A DNA stretch of 56,217 nucleotides, the filler included, from Dimargaris cristalligena (lineage: Eukaryota), in the NCBI GenBank assembly GCA_003614675.1. It is 2 parts of 2 records of this genome, joined end to end, with 100 filler letters (N's around TTAATTAATTAA, not from the genome) between each part and the next. Parts side by side here need not be neighbours in the genome. Positions count along the whole stretch, not along the records: positions 1 to 28,082 come from ML002504.1; positions 28,183 to 56,217 come from ML002505.1. One strand, 5' to 3'. A program made the translations under genes and the position numbers. How positions within the stretch are numbered: position 1 is the first letter of the stretch; every line of letters starts with the position of its first letter. The notes beneath the pieces were generated by a model. The model was not told the origin of the DNA and searched no databases. It was given only the letters and a program-made list of their open reading frames with translations. Shown piece after piece: positions 24,687 to 36,822 of this stretch.

Positions 24687-26154
24687 TTTGTCTGCAACTT
24701 GGGGAACGTTTTTTTATTTTATTTTTTTATCTTACTACAATCTCTTATGATATTTTTGTGGCTGTAGTATTTGTTATTGTTGGGCCTGAATTAACGAATC
24801 GGTTGGTAAGGAAGGATTTTCGGGCGAGTTCTTTTTTTTGTTTTGTTTTTTATTGTACACCATTTTTCTAATCTCTTTCGTAGCATTGTTTTACAACATC
24901 TCTATTAGCTAATCGTCATTTCCACTTTTACTTTTATGTTCTATTTCTATTTCTCTCTATATATATATATCTACATATTTATTTATTATCATTTAGGTTC
25001 TTACCAATACTCCTCCCTCACTTCAGCATCCTTCGTCCCCGGCTTTGTTGGTTTGACCTGTTGTTTATTCATCTATTTCATGAATGCCTGACTGACTGAT
25101 AATTTGTAATTGATTGCATAATTTTAATAATACCATTTAATTCTTAATGGATAAGGGCGCCGTTAAACACCATTAATATAATTGCTTATTTTATATTGCA
25201 TAAGCAGGGGCCTTGCCAAATTTAGGGAGACCGCCTGGGTGTACTTTTCTATACCCGTTTTTTGTTTTAAATGTTCTTCATGACGGTATAGAGCTTTGGT
25301 TCTATCCCATTGAACTTAATTATTGATGTGATTTATGTAAGATAGCACATGTAGCTCTGAATGCCTCTTGTTTATTTCGCCCCAATTAAGAAGGTAGGCA
25401 TCCCATTTGTCGACCATTCACGGGGACAAAGCACCTAGCCGAAAGAAGGCCGCCCAATGCAATGCTAAGGGTGTATTACCAAATGGCAAGTTTCAAGAAC
25501 GTATACCCCCCATTAACAAGTGTCCCGTTTAAAAAATGGGAGAAAGTTCACCCCTGGGCTATATAACGGGGAAAATTATCCATTGGATGAGGCAAATGTT
25601 GCCGGCTAAAAGGTATTATCCCCATATAGTATGTTAAACCTTATTTAGTTGAGTTGGAATTTCACCTAAATGGACCTTTGTCCTAATCCTCTAGGCTGAA
25701 ACGAATGAAACAAAAGCATGAGGAGTTGGTGAGTGAATGAGTGGGGGGATGGGGTATAGTGGCCAACTCCGAACGTTAGTTGATGATGGCCAAGAACGGG
25801 AAATTGCCAAGCAAATGACGACAGAGTGGGGGGAGAAAAGAAGGTGCGGAAGGAGGAGAGGAAAGTCGAGATGGGGTCGATCCTCGTAACCCCGTGTGTG
25901 CGTTGTATACACTTAATATGTATATAATATATAGTCGTCACGGGCGATCCTATCGGATTGTGATACTCTTGGCACATCCAACACCCTATTGGGTTATGGC
26001 CACTTGGGTGAATGACCAGGGCTGATCGCCCTTTTCCCTGTCTCTATCTCTCTCTCTCTCTCTCTCTGAATCTTTTGGAGATGGTGATGGGTGGCCAGTA
26101 TTGTACACACTAAAGCTGGATGGAGTATGGCGCGCGTGTGTGGGAATGGGTGCG

Positions 26155-26192
26155 AGTGTGTGTGTGTATGTGTGTGTGTGTGTGTGTGTGTG
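26155..26192. repeat. (GT)n microsatellite
   Basis: Directly visible GT dinucleotide run with one interruption; a (CT)n run lies at about 26041-26067. Confidence 0.85.
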
Positions 26193-28025
26193 GTATAGGG
26201 TGTATGATTTGGGTGGTGTGGGTTACTTAAGTTGCCATTGCTTTCTAACCCTCACAATTGGCGAATACCACTGTGAAGGCTTCGGCAGAGCAAAATGCCA
26301 GAATGGAAGCTGAAATAAATCAATATTAGGAGCCCTCTAACTCCCAAGCCGCTTTTTTCAGGTACCCTTTTATTCCAACTAGCAGACATTCTTCCCTAGT
26401 TAGTTTGGAAATAAATTAGTCTGGAAGAACAGGGATTAAGTTCCCAGAACCCAGCCACTTTACCCAGCACTCTAAATCAAAATATAGCTTAAACCTTGGG
26501 ATTTATATTCATATGTATATTTATATTTATATTTATTTATTGGGATTGATAGAAAGAGGTTGGATGTTTATCACACGGCTATTCGCCCCTGCCGACCTGG
26601 TCATTTTATTCGGAAATAAAACACTTTGAATAACGCGTACAGTATTACCGTGTTGGGTTAGATTATCGGGAAAAAGTAGACTCGGTGTCCTACTGGTGCC
26701 CTGGCTATTCAATTTTCCTTGAGCGCCCTTTGCTAACCCCACGCTGCCCAAGATCCGTGTAGTTGGGATTCTATGGGTTGTGGGGTCTAGGGGATACATT
26801 ATAATGTAATAATATAGTGGTGATACGAATATGGGCGTAGCTGCATAGTGATAGTTACAATACGGTTATTATCATTATTATTACTATTATTACTATTAAC
26901 AGTCGCGTTTAAATGATAGTGGTGGAATAGGGGGAGGTGGGAGAGAGCGAGGGGTGTACCACCCGCTCTTTACTAATCCCCTATCGCAACCAGCAGCAGC
27001 AATCCATGAACATCACCAGGGTCGATTATGGAGATGCGGACTTTGTCTAACTGGTTTAGAATAGCCAGACGAATGTTCATTGGTCGCCCCCTCAATTAAT
27101 TGACATTATAGGGTGGTAATGGTCGATGTATACCTTTGACCAACAGCGGATCCTGAGGTCATCTCTTCTTCTTCCATCCTACCCCAGAAAGGGTGGCTTC
27201 TGTCCCCTCCCTCTACATCGCCCGCCTCCCGAATACAATACCTGTGGGGAGAAGAGAAGAATAGGAGGGGTTCCATTTCCCGTCTATAGACCGTCCCCAC
27301 TACACCGCCTTTGTTGGCTGCTAAGTACGGAATACCTGAGCTAGGATGACCACCAAGGTTATGTATAGGGCAGGCATGAATAATTCGGCTTGACAGATCA
27401 TTTTTAGATACAATCAAGGGAGAATATTCATAGAGTGCTTCATCGACGGCCACACATTTCTTCATTCACTATAACGATGGTATAGGCTCTTGGGGGAGGG
27501 AGGCCATCATTGATATTCCGTTTGAAGTATTTTAGCGTCGCCCATCCACGGCGACAACCCTTAGTGGGTGGTTTATATAGCGGATCGCTCCCCCGATGGT
27601 CGTGTGGGCTATACTAGATATCGGTTGTCCGTATTACTTACTCCATTTTATGCATAACTCTTTCTCTAGCTACATCACCCCGCCCTACTATTCTGCTGGG
27701 CTTTGTATAATTGGCAGTTTCGTATTCATTCTATTTCATTACAAGGTTCCCAGGCCCTACAGCAGTAGCTCGTTCCTGGCTTAATTAAACTGGGTGTGTT
27801 TTATCTGTTATTATTATTATATTAGTGTTCGACGGCGGTGGCTCTGTATCTGCATGCACGACGTGAGTTAGTGTGCGGTTAAGCTTCTGCTTCATTGTAA
27901 ACCCGGCCTCTAAAGTTTGGCCTGATTGGCTGCTTTGTAAATTCGGGAGTCTAATAGAATAGGATTGCTAATCACTTGTGGCCTTGACTTGCCACCACCC
28001 AATCCCGTTGAATTTATGTGGCGAG

Positions 28026-28026
<1 letters not shown>

Positions 28027-28082
<56 letters not shown>
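28027..28082. repeat. (CT)n microsatellite at the contig end
   Basis: Perfect CT run running into the N gap. Confidence 0.9.
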
Positions 28083-28182
28083 NNNNNNNNNNNNNNNNNN
28101 NNNNNNNNNNNNNNNNNNNNNNNNNNTTAATTAATTAANNNNNNNNNNNNNNNNNNNNNNNNNNNNNNNNNNNNNNNNNNNN
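28083..28182. other. Artificial 100-nt contig-joining spacer (N44-TTAATTAATTAA-N44)
   Basis: Symmetric N runs flank a 12-mer (28127-28138) that gives stop codons in all six frames, a standard pseudomolecule linker. Confidence 0.95.
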
Positions 28183-30882
28183 TTTCCCATACACGTATAA
28201 TGTAAACCCTTATATAGCTGGGCCGAATTTCACCCATATATTGATAGTAGACTTAGTATGAGCCTAAACATGCAGAACAGTAGAATGTATAAATTATTGA
28301 TACATTATAGTGAATAATAGAACTGTCAGATGACATGTATTTTTTTAGCTAAGGTGGAGAAGCTGTTGGTTTAATGACCACTGGCTTATCACGTATTCGA
28401 TTCCGGAAAAATGCTATCTCGTTCTCCAAAGAAAATTTGACCTGAAAGGGGTATATTGTAGTGGGTCCCTGATATGGAAGAATGGATAGTGGCACACAAA
28501 AAATTGAAGACCAGCTGAGATTGCTACATTTACCCACTTTGCTCTAGGAGGGCCAAATCATACCCCAATTTGTAGGATGGGTTAGTTTGCACCATCACGA
28601 CGGTGACCACCCAGAAACTAAGGTGGGACTGGGTCGCGTCAATGAAGGCACACCGCCGAGTACTCTTGCTATAATCACCACCACTAAACAGACAGTGAAC
28701 AGCCTTAAACCCCCAATTGGCTAACGTATCAATATGTAGTACTATGAGACGGTCGCATTGTAGCTTCGAATATTTAGCCATCTGTTCAGCCGATTGTTAC
28801 GATGACAAATCTACTATTATCAAGTATTTGAATGGTCCGATTGATATGGCAATTCTGGTGAAATACTTACATGCCTCCGAGAAGCTTGTACCTCGATTAC
28901 TGTTTTCAATATTGTTCAAATCACCATGTGTTATGCCAGTTTTATGACGCCTATTTGAAATGTGGAATGTAATTTGGCATATTTAAATAAATTATTTGTC
29001 TCTCTAGTTCAGGGAACCCTCCGCGAAACAGATCGTGAAATTATGTTCATACCTTTCCATCCCGTTTACGATTTATAATCCTAGTGTTATAATTGGTTAT
29101 TGAGAAAAATATCTTGTTCATAAATTCGGCATATTCTACCCATTTATTGATAATTTTAACAGTTCGATTGTTATTATGCCCCACCCCTCATTTGTTTCTT
29201 CTGGGGCCAATGTCCCTCTCTGTCGGCCAGGAGACACCTCCCATCGATGCCAGTACGCCCTACACCAAAACCTGCTATGCCCAGTCGCATCCCCAAACCT
29301 AGCGCTGGATGGACGAAGCCTGGCGGCAATACATATATGTAGTGCCACCTAGCGACACAATTTCACGTCCCCAACTATGGACAGCATGTTCTCTTCAGTA
29401 AGGGATAGAAAAAGGCGCTATATTTAGCCACCACTCCATTACTGGCCGCATTTCTGCCATGTGCCGCCTTGTAGGAGGACAAGTAGGTGTGTGACGTTTT
29501 ACAAATCCATGGCTACCGTTCAATATATATTATTAATGCGTCTATCTACGGGACTACCATTACCATTGACTCATTCCATCACCGCCGCTTTGCATTCTTC
29601 TGGGGCTGCTCGGTTTTACTTCACTACACCATGATCGCACTTAGGTTTCAATGGCCATGCCACTCCTTTTTGAATGGTGTCCTCTGTCAGCAAGTAAAAG
29701 AGATCACCATCACTAACAACCACGATTCGTAACATTGTACTTTTAATTGCCTTGTTCTCCCCCCCCCCATTTATTTACATATATTAGCATTGCATACTCG
29801 CAATAAACCTTGGTCTCAACAACATTAGTGAGACTGACTAAAATGTGTTTCTTGAGGAGCTCTTATACCGTTGCAAGGTGAATTGTTCCCCTTTGATTAG
29901 GCCATTCGAACCAAGGCTTGCCGTGCACCGGCGACCCTATTCTAACAATAATCGTCATGAATTTACATTTCCGACTTTGTGCTTGAGAATCCAATTCACC
30001 TTTCTCTTTCATTTTCCGACCACCTTTTCTTTTTTTGGACTTTTAGCGTCTCACTATCAATTAACGGCCTAAACCAACTAATCACAAATTAATAAAAATA
30101 GCTGGCGGAATTTCTTCCCTTGGAGACGTGTCGTCGGCTATCCTTGGGATTTCATCGTTGACAGTCTTATCTTACTTTATCACTCTTTAATTATTTACTG
30201 GTTATTATCGTTCTTATTCCCAGTTTAGTTATGATAGCCACATTTCCTTCTTTGATACTGGGTTCGAAACTGCGTCCCATTGGCACCAGTCTGCGCCAAT
30301 TCAGTGCAGTGATCGCGTCCATTTCTGTAGCTGTATCCTCCAACTCAATGATCGCCCCGTCTTCTACCGCTAGGGAGCTGCCCTCAACTTCTTTGGGCTG
30401 TGCCAATAGCGAGGCAACGTCCTCCTTCCGAACCCCGAAGTCCAGCCATTTGAGGCCGGACTCCAGCAGCAATACATGTACGAATAGTAAAAATGGACAA
30501 TCAGAATTAGACCGGCCGTCACTTTCGTGTTAGAGCAATAGAATGGTCGACTGAGCACTTTCTTTGAACTGCATTTATAGGATAGACGATATTCTCTGAC
30601 TTTTCTGAAGCCGACGGGCATTGCTATAAAAGTCCCGAGATTCCCCAGCACCATTTCCAACCATATCCCAACCACACCTTCCTCTTCCCCACTGTTTCAT
30701 TTACAGCCCCCGATCATTTTTTCATTGACACAGGTTTTCATACATATATATATACTACATCGTTTGTCCAAGTCACATCTACTCTAACTTCTCAACATTC
30801 ACTTGACTGCAACAGCCTCCACTTCCGCTCCAGCACCATCTTCAACTCCCGCCCCATCCATCTACCCACCGCCCCTGCCACC

Positions 30883-31365
30883 ATGTTGAGTATTAAATTG
30901 ACCGCCACCTTACTTGTCCTGGCCCTCGTAGCTGGCAGTCTTACCGGCAGCCGGGCCTCTTTGCCATATGCCCCCGTTCAGAATGATCGGAACTTGGTGT
31001 CTCTGCACCGTCGCTCTGGGTGGAAAAGGCTTTTTGACTTTTTAAAACCAATTGCGATTAAATCCGTAAAGGACGTCGCCCCCTAAGACAAAATACCCGG
31101 TATAGTGGGCAACATTTACGAGATCTGTAAAACAAACCCGACTGGTTGTACCGCTCAAGATAGGGAAGTTACTAGGAATGTACAGGCCATTCTAAAGGGC
31201 GAGAGTGCGGCTACGATCGCTAAAAACATTGTAGACTATGCTAAATTGACGGAGTTCAAAGTGTTCAACACGGAATGGGCCGAGGCGATGACCCAACTGC
31301 GTGAAGACATGGCAAAGAATGCAGGCACAAACGCGCCCACTCCGGCCGGTCCGAGAAAAACTTAA
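30883..31365 (+). CDS. Small secreted prepro-protein interrupted by one in-frame TAA at 31084-31086 (67-aa product, or 160 aa if read through / ancestral)
   Basis: GCCACCATG start context, TA-rich box near 30745, signal peptide MLSIKLTATLLVLALVAG, dibasic RR and KR sites. ORFs 30883-31086 and 31105-31365 are in the same frame, separated only by the TAA and six sense codons (DKIPGI). Confidence 0.65.
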
Positions 31366-32200
31366 ACATGTGCTTCTTCGATTGGGTTAGGAGGACTCGT
31401 TGCTTACTTACCACCATACCCCCGGTTGTTTCTTGGACACCTTCCCTTCTTTAATCTTCCGCTTATCTGGTCCCTCCTGCAATCTTGTTTGAATAAAATG
31501 TTTTGTACCTCAAACTAATGACGATAATGCTTTTTGCCAATGCCTCATGAAAACAACACTGGGTACTGCCTAGATGTTCTTCATCGCAAATAACAGTAGG
31601 TGAGGCAAGTTCCTGGCCAATGTATAACTTGGGTGAATGTGCGAGTAGTACCACAGTGTAGCCAATTTTTAAAACATATGGAAGAGGTTCAACTAAGTTG
31701 TATAACGAAAAACTCGTTGGAGGAGGTAAACACTACTAGTTTACAATGAATCCTCCACCTATTTTCACATATACATATATAACCTGGCAAATGGGAAAAC
31801 AAGTGGGAATCCAGTATAAATTGGAACGGCCAAGTCCTAGCCAAAACGCTATTCGACATAGCATCTCACTCAAAAACGGATCAATTGGCGCGGGATCCTT
31901 GTCTAAAAATGGAAAGGGGGGAATATTCGTTAATTTGCATTTGTTTATGCCTCCACGAAGCTGCTCCAATTATTATCGAATGATAAGCATTATCTATAGC
32001 AGCATATAATCTAGCAAAGATCTATTTATGTAGAATAAAGTAGTACGAATTATAAAACCCGGCTAGGATGTGCCCCATTAGCGCGTTTCATTTGGGCGAA
32101 ATTGAAATTGAAAAATATAGATTGATGAGAACAGATGATAATAGTACGAGTAGCCGTCTTAGTTGCTAGAGACGGAGCGGAAATGGCTAAATCCGGGCAT

Positions 32201-33703
32201 TTAATTGAGCCAGGATTTTTCGGTGGGCGCGCCCCACTTGGTGGTCACCTTACGACGGTAAGTGAAGAATTCAATTCCACCATCGCCGGTAATATCCATA
32301 TCACCGAACTTGCTGGCCTCAATCCCGCCGAAGGAGAAGGGTTCGCGTGGGACTGGGACCCCGATATTGACACCGATCATGCCGGCCCGGAAGCGCTGGG
32401 TATAGTGTTGGGCCACCGCCCCGCTGGAGGTATAGATGCAAGCGGCATTGCCGTAGGGGTTGCTGTTCTCGATTTCCAGGGCCGCTTCACCGGAGGGGCA
32501 TTCCAGGATGGATAGGACGGGGCCGAAGATTTCGTCATGGAGGGCCACATCGGTCTTGTGGTGGTGGCGAATCACGGTAGGGCCGATCCACGAGCCCCCG
32601 CTGGCCTGGGCCCGCTCGGTAAAGGCGGCGTTAAGGCGGCCATCGACCAGGATTTCGGCCCCGGCCTGTTCGGAACGAACAATGTAGTCCAGGATGCGGG
32701 CGCGCGACGCTTCATCAATGACCGGGCCGATTTCACGGGGGCCCGAGCCCGGTTGGAGGGCCACCGTTTTGGCCACGATAGACGCGACCAATTCGGCCTG
32801 GGCGCCCACGGTCAGAAGGACTGAGGCGGCCATGCAGCGTTGGCCGGAACAGCCCGTGAAGGAATTGACCACATCCTGGGCGGTCAGCTCGGTGTCGCAG
32901 TCGGGGGCGGCCACCAGGTGGTTTTTGGCCCCGCCCAAGGCTAAGCAGCGCTTATTGAGGCGGCGGCATTGCTGGGAGACTAGTTCGGCCACATGGGTGG
33001 TCCCTACAAACGTCACGGCGCGGACGGCGGAGTGTTCCAGGAGCGGGGGCACCACCTGTTTATCACCGTGCACCAGACTCAGGACCCCGGGGGGAAAGAT
33101 GGTACCGGCCAACTGGGCGACCCGGTCCATCGTGAGGGGCACCTTCTCCGATGGTTTGAGGACCATGGTATTACCACAGCCGATGGCGATGGGCAGCGTC
33201 CAGAAGGGCACCATAAAAGGGAAATTAAAGGGCACGATACTGACCACCACGCCCAGGGGCACCCGGGTGTCCTGGCAAAACACGCCGCGCGATACTTCCA
33301 GGTTACGCCCGGTCGCTAGCTGAGGCAAACTAATAGCGTATTCGAGGGTTTCAAGGCCCTTTTTGATTTCCCCAACGGCTTCCTCGTAGGTCTTGCCGTG
33401 CTCCAAAACCACCAGCTTGGCCAGCTCATCCAAATGGGCGGCCAGGGTCTGGTGGAAACGGAGCAGGTACTGGGCACGGTCCTTGAAGGTACGGGAGCTC
33501 CAGGCGGGGAAGGCACTCTCGGCGCTGCTGACGGCCTCATTGACATCGACGGCCTGGGAAAGGGGCACTTCGGCAATGAGTTGGCCCGAGAGCGGGGTGG
33601 TGACGGGGAGGAACTGGGCCTCCGACGGGGCCACCAGACTCGCCTGTGACTGGTTGTTAATCCAGTTGGCTAGGCGGGTGACGGAGGGAGAAGTCGGGTC
33701 CAT
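32201..33703 (-). CDS. Methylmalonate/malonate-semialdehyde dehydrogenase (ALDH6/MmsA-IolA family, 500 aa)
   Basis: ALDH motifs PFNFPFMVPFW, LKPSEKVP, FVGTT, GGAKNH, GQRCMA (catalytic Cys), EIFGPVL and GVNIGVPVPREPFSFGG. GAKNH and GQRCMA are characteristic of ALDH6. First ATG at 33703. Confidence 0.92.
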   Translation of the reverse strand: MDPTSPSVTRLANWINNQSQASLVAPSEAQFLPVTTPLSGQLIAEVPLSQAVDVNEAVSSAESAFPAWSSRTFKDRAQYLLRFHQTLAAHLDELAKLVVLEHGKTYEEAVGEIKKGLETLEYAISLPQLATGRNLEVSRGVFCQDTRVPLGVVVSIVPFNFPFMVPFWTLPIAIGCGNTMVLKPSEKVPLTMDRVAQLAGTIFPPGVLSLVHGDKQVVPPLLEHSAVRAVTFVGTTHVAELVSQQCRRLNKRCLALGGAKNHLVAAPDCDTELTAQDVVNSFTGCSGQRCMAASVLLTVGAQAELVASIVAKTVALQPGSGPREIGPVIDEASRARILDYIVRSEQAGAEILVDGRLNAAFTERAQASGGSWIGPTVIRHHHKTDVALHDEIFGPVLSILECPSGEAALEIENSNPYGNAACIYTSSGAVAQHYTQRFRAGMIGVNIGVPVPREPFSFGGIEASKFGDMDITGDGGIEFFTYRRKVTTKWGAPTEKSWLN

Positions 33704-34755
33704 GCTGTGTAGAGGGCAAAGGTCGAGGAGAGTCGAGCGGTTAGTAGAGAGAGAAAGAGTAGACCAAGGAGGATATGAGTGCAAAGTCAAGGTAAAGTAA
33801 AGGTGGGAGAGATAAAAGAGACGGGGTGAAAGGGGGGAAGTTTAGTAAGCAGTATATCCAGGACTATTGACTAGAAATCACAGGGCTTGGGGAACGGCTG
33901 GTTGGTCCCCTTCCCCCTGCTTGAAGGCCCTGGGGGGGAGTGCGTTCCCCTTGCCTAAAGACCTATTCTTCAGGACCACAGCCTATTCATGGCCAAAAAC
34001 AGTCCCAGTGACTCACCTTTGTCCTGCCCAGTTCGTCGTATATCCAGCGATCCCCGCTCTCTGTAGCACACCCAGCTGACTAGCGACGGTATGTGTGTAT
34101 GTGACTATCATTGCCTGGATTGCCATGTATGACAAGAGAATGCTGCACTTAATCACCCGTGTTGGTACTGTTGTTTAGCACCCCACTGCTGACCAGAATG
34201 CGGCTGGAAATGATGCCAGTATATACTGAGTGTTCTTCCACCCCCCCAATAGGGGCGAATTCACCACGGTGAAAGGGTCAGAATAAACCAACTTCAAAGT
34301 AATAGGTGGCTAGTGGGAATCGAGCCATTTACGACGACCTCGTCAAAGGGCCATCTCATTATGCAGAAGATTTGCTCCCCTGTATGTTCATGTGCTTTAT
34401 CTATACCATATGACCCAGATGGTAATCAGCACCAGACCCAACCCAACTGGCTCGAGATTGGCTAGGACATATACTACCCAATTAACTCATATCCACATTT
34501 CCCCAGTCCAGGCACTATAATATCCCCCTCCCCGAGACAATACGATGTGTTTGAGGACCCGCGCCCCCAATTATGCCAAAAATATGATTCGGATTAGCTT
34601 ATTTATATCCGCAAAACACACACAAGTCCAGATTGTACACTGGATGACGATAACCACAAGACTGATGTTAACACACACACTCTCTCTCTACAGTTCAAAT
34701 AAAAGGCATACGAATGAATTGATCATTCTCAACCGGTCCCTATCCCTAGCTTTAT

Positions 34756-36822
34756 TTACCGGGATCGTTTGGACTGATTCGACTGTGAACCCGGTTCACC
34801 GGCTGGCCGCTTCGACCGCTTGGCCTCTTCCAAAAACTGGTCCAGACCAAACACATCGGCCGCCGAAGATGAGGCCGCGGCGGTTGCCGAATGACTCGCC
34901 GATAATGATGATGACAACGACGACGGTTTTCCGCCTTCCGTACCGGACTTGCCCGTCCGGGCCTTTTCGAACTGTACCGGTCCCTCCCGCGACGCTGACG
35001 CCAGGGCATCGGGCCCTTCCGTGCCCTGGAAGCCCCGGAAACTGACACCACTATTACCCGCGAACCGGTCCTTTTGCATCAACCCTGATATCGTGTCCGC
35101 ATTCCCGCCCCCGAACGCTTCACCACCATCACCACCGTCGGTTGGACGGGTAGGTCGGTAAATAGACGAAGCACCGGTCCCGGCAAAGAGGGGTTTTTCG
35201 TACAGATTGTACGTGTCATCCCCCTTAAATCCGGAATCCAGCCCCTCGCTGCGGTTGAATAAACGGGTGTCGAAGAGACTATCGGTCGTGGGCGTCGGTT
35301 TAGCCAAACCCAGCGCAATCTTTTCCGATAAATCGCGGTTTTGTTCACGGGCCAGTTGTTGGGCCCGTTGGGCCACGCCCATGTGCGACTGACGGACCTC
35401 CCGTTCCCGTTTGGCCCGTTGTTCCTGGCGAAGTTCTTCACGCTCCCGGTAGGCCTGGTCATCTTCGTCTTCCCTACCACCGGGGGTAGGCCGGCCCCAG
35501 CCACTAACCCCACCACCAGTACCTCCAACGCCAACCGCGGCCCCACCCCCGGCCCGGGCTTCGCGGGCCTGTTGGGCCAGCGCCCGTAAATGCGCCTCTT
35601 TGGCATCCTTTTCCTTCTGGGCTAATTTCTGTTCCTGCATTTTCCGGGCCCGAATCCCCTCGCGGGCCAGCCGTTCGCCGGCATTGAGGGCATCCGTTAA
35701 TTTCGCGAAATTATCGTTAATCTGCACCTCCTGGAGCCCGCGACCGTCGGCGGCCAACCGTTTATCCAGCGGAATGGTGAAGCCTTTGGGATTTTTCCAG
35801 TTCGAAATGGCGGGAGGGATAAACCAGTCCCGCTGTTCGTCGGCCGTGGGTTTACGCGGGGGGGAATGCATAATCGGGGCGGGAGGGGACGGGGGACCCC
35901 GGGGGATTTTCTTTTGCTTAAACCGTTGCGGTTCGAACGGATCCACGGGCATTTCGACCATGCGGACCACGCGCTGTTTGGCCCCCGAATTAAAAGCGGC
36001 GTTCTGTTGGTTGGGGGTATACCGAATATACTGGGGATTCTTGTTGGAGGCTTTGGCACCATTGCCACCTAAACGCTGACCCGCCGCCAATTTGCCCTGG
36101 GTGATCTTTTCCAAAGCCAGTCGCGTCCGTTCGGTGGTGTCCTGAATGGTATCGGCATCGGGCCGGTCCAACAAAGCCTCCGTATCCAGACTATTAAACC
36201 CCGGCCGTTCGCTTAGCGGCACCAAGTCCTGGAACTGCGCGTGGACGGTACGGTTTTGGCCATGGCCCTGGCGTACGATGGCGTCGTATTGAATCTCACC
36301 TTGGGCATTCACCTGGAGTGGCAGGGGAGTGCCGGCTTCGGCGGCCCCCCCGATGCCGATTCCCTTGGTACCACCACCACTGGAGCGGCCCATGCCGAGG
36401 GGATGTTGCAGAATGTGAATCTCCGGGAAGGCCCCGCCATCGGCGAAATCAGCCGCCACTTTCGGCAGCCAGTTCTGGCGCCGGCCGTAGGGAGGGGGCC
36501 CACTACTACCCGTTACAGTGAGGGCATTCGAGGTTCGCTCGGGGGCGGCAACACTCGGTGAAAGCTCGGCAGTAGTAGCGAGCTCGGGTTCGGGGGCGCG
36601 TTGACTCGCGTTTTTGGGTTTGGGAAGAAGGCTATATATATAACAAACAACGGGCAAGGCCCAATGGAATGGCAGGGTGAGGGAAATTATTAGTACTAAG
36701 TGCGTGGGATTGGGGCAAGGCCCAAGGCTCGGAAAGTGGACGGGGTCTGACGCGCGGCTGGTGAAGGAATCCTACTTGGCAGATGACGTTAGTGGATGGA
36801 CTTACCTTGCGAGTGAAGACAT
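34756..36822 (-). CDS. PRP45: Pre-mRNA splicing factor SNW1/SKIP/Prp45; exons 36822-36806 and 36631-34756
   Basis: A 17-nt first exon ATGTCTTCACTCGCAAG|GTAAGT spliced to TATAG|C gives MSSLASLLPKPK. Diagnostic DFADGGAFPEIH, GPPSPPAPIMHSPPRK, IPPAISNWKNPKGFTIPLDKRLAADGRGL and REGPVQFEK motifs. Confidence 0.95.

Noticed and set aside
25560-25980. Minus-strand TA-rich box, CT-rich leader, ACTAAC and TTTCAG suggesting a spliced transcript
   Set aside because: No convincing donor site and no downstream ORF; a lncRNA cannot be supported from sequence alone.
30191-30530. Minus-strand open frame LLESGLKWLDFGVRKEDVASLL...
   Set aside because: Protein-like composition but no convincing start, no recognisable family and no clear splice partners; possibly a decayed fragment, but unsupported.
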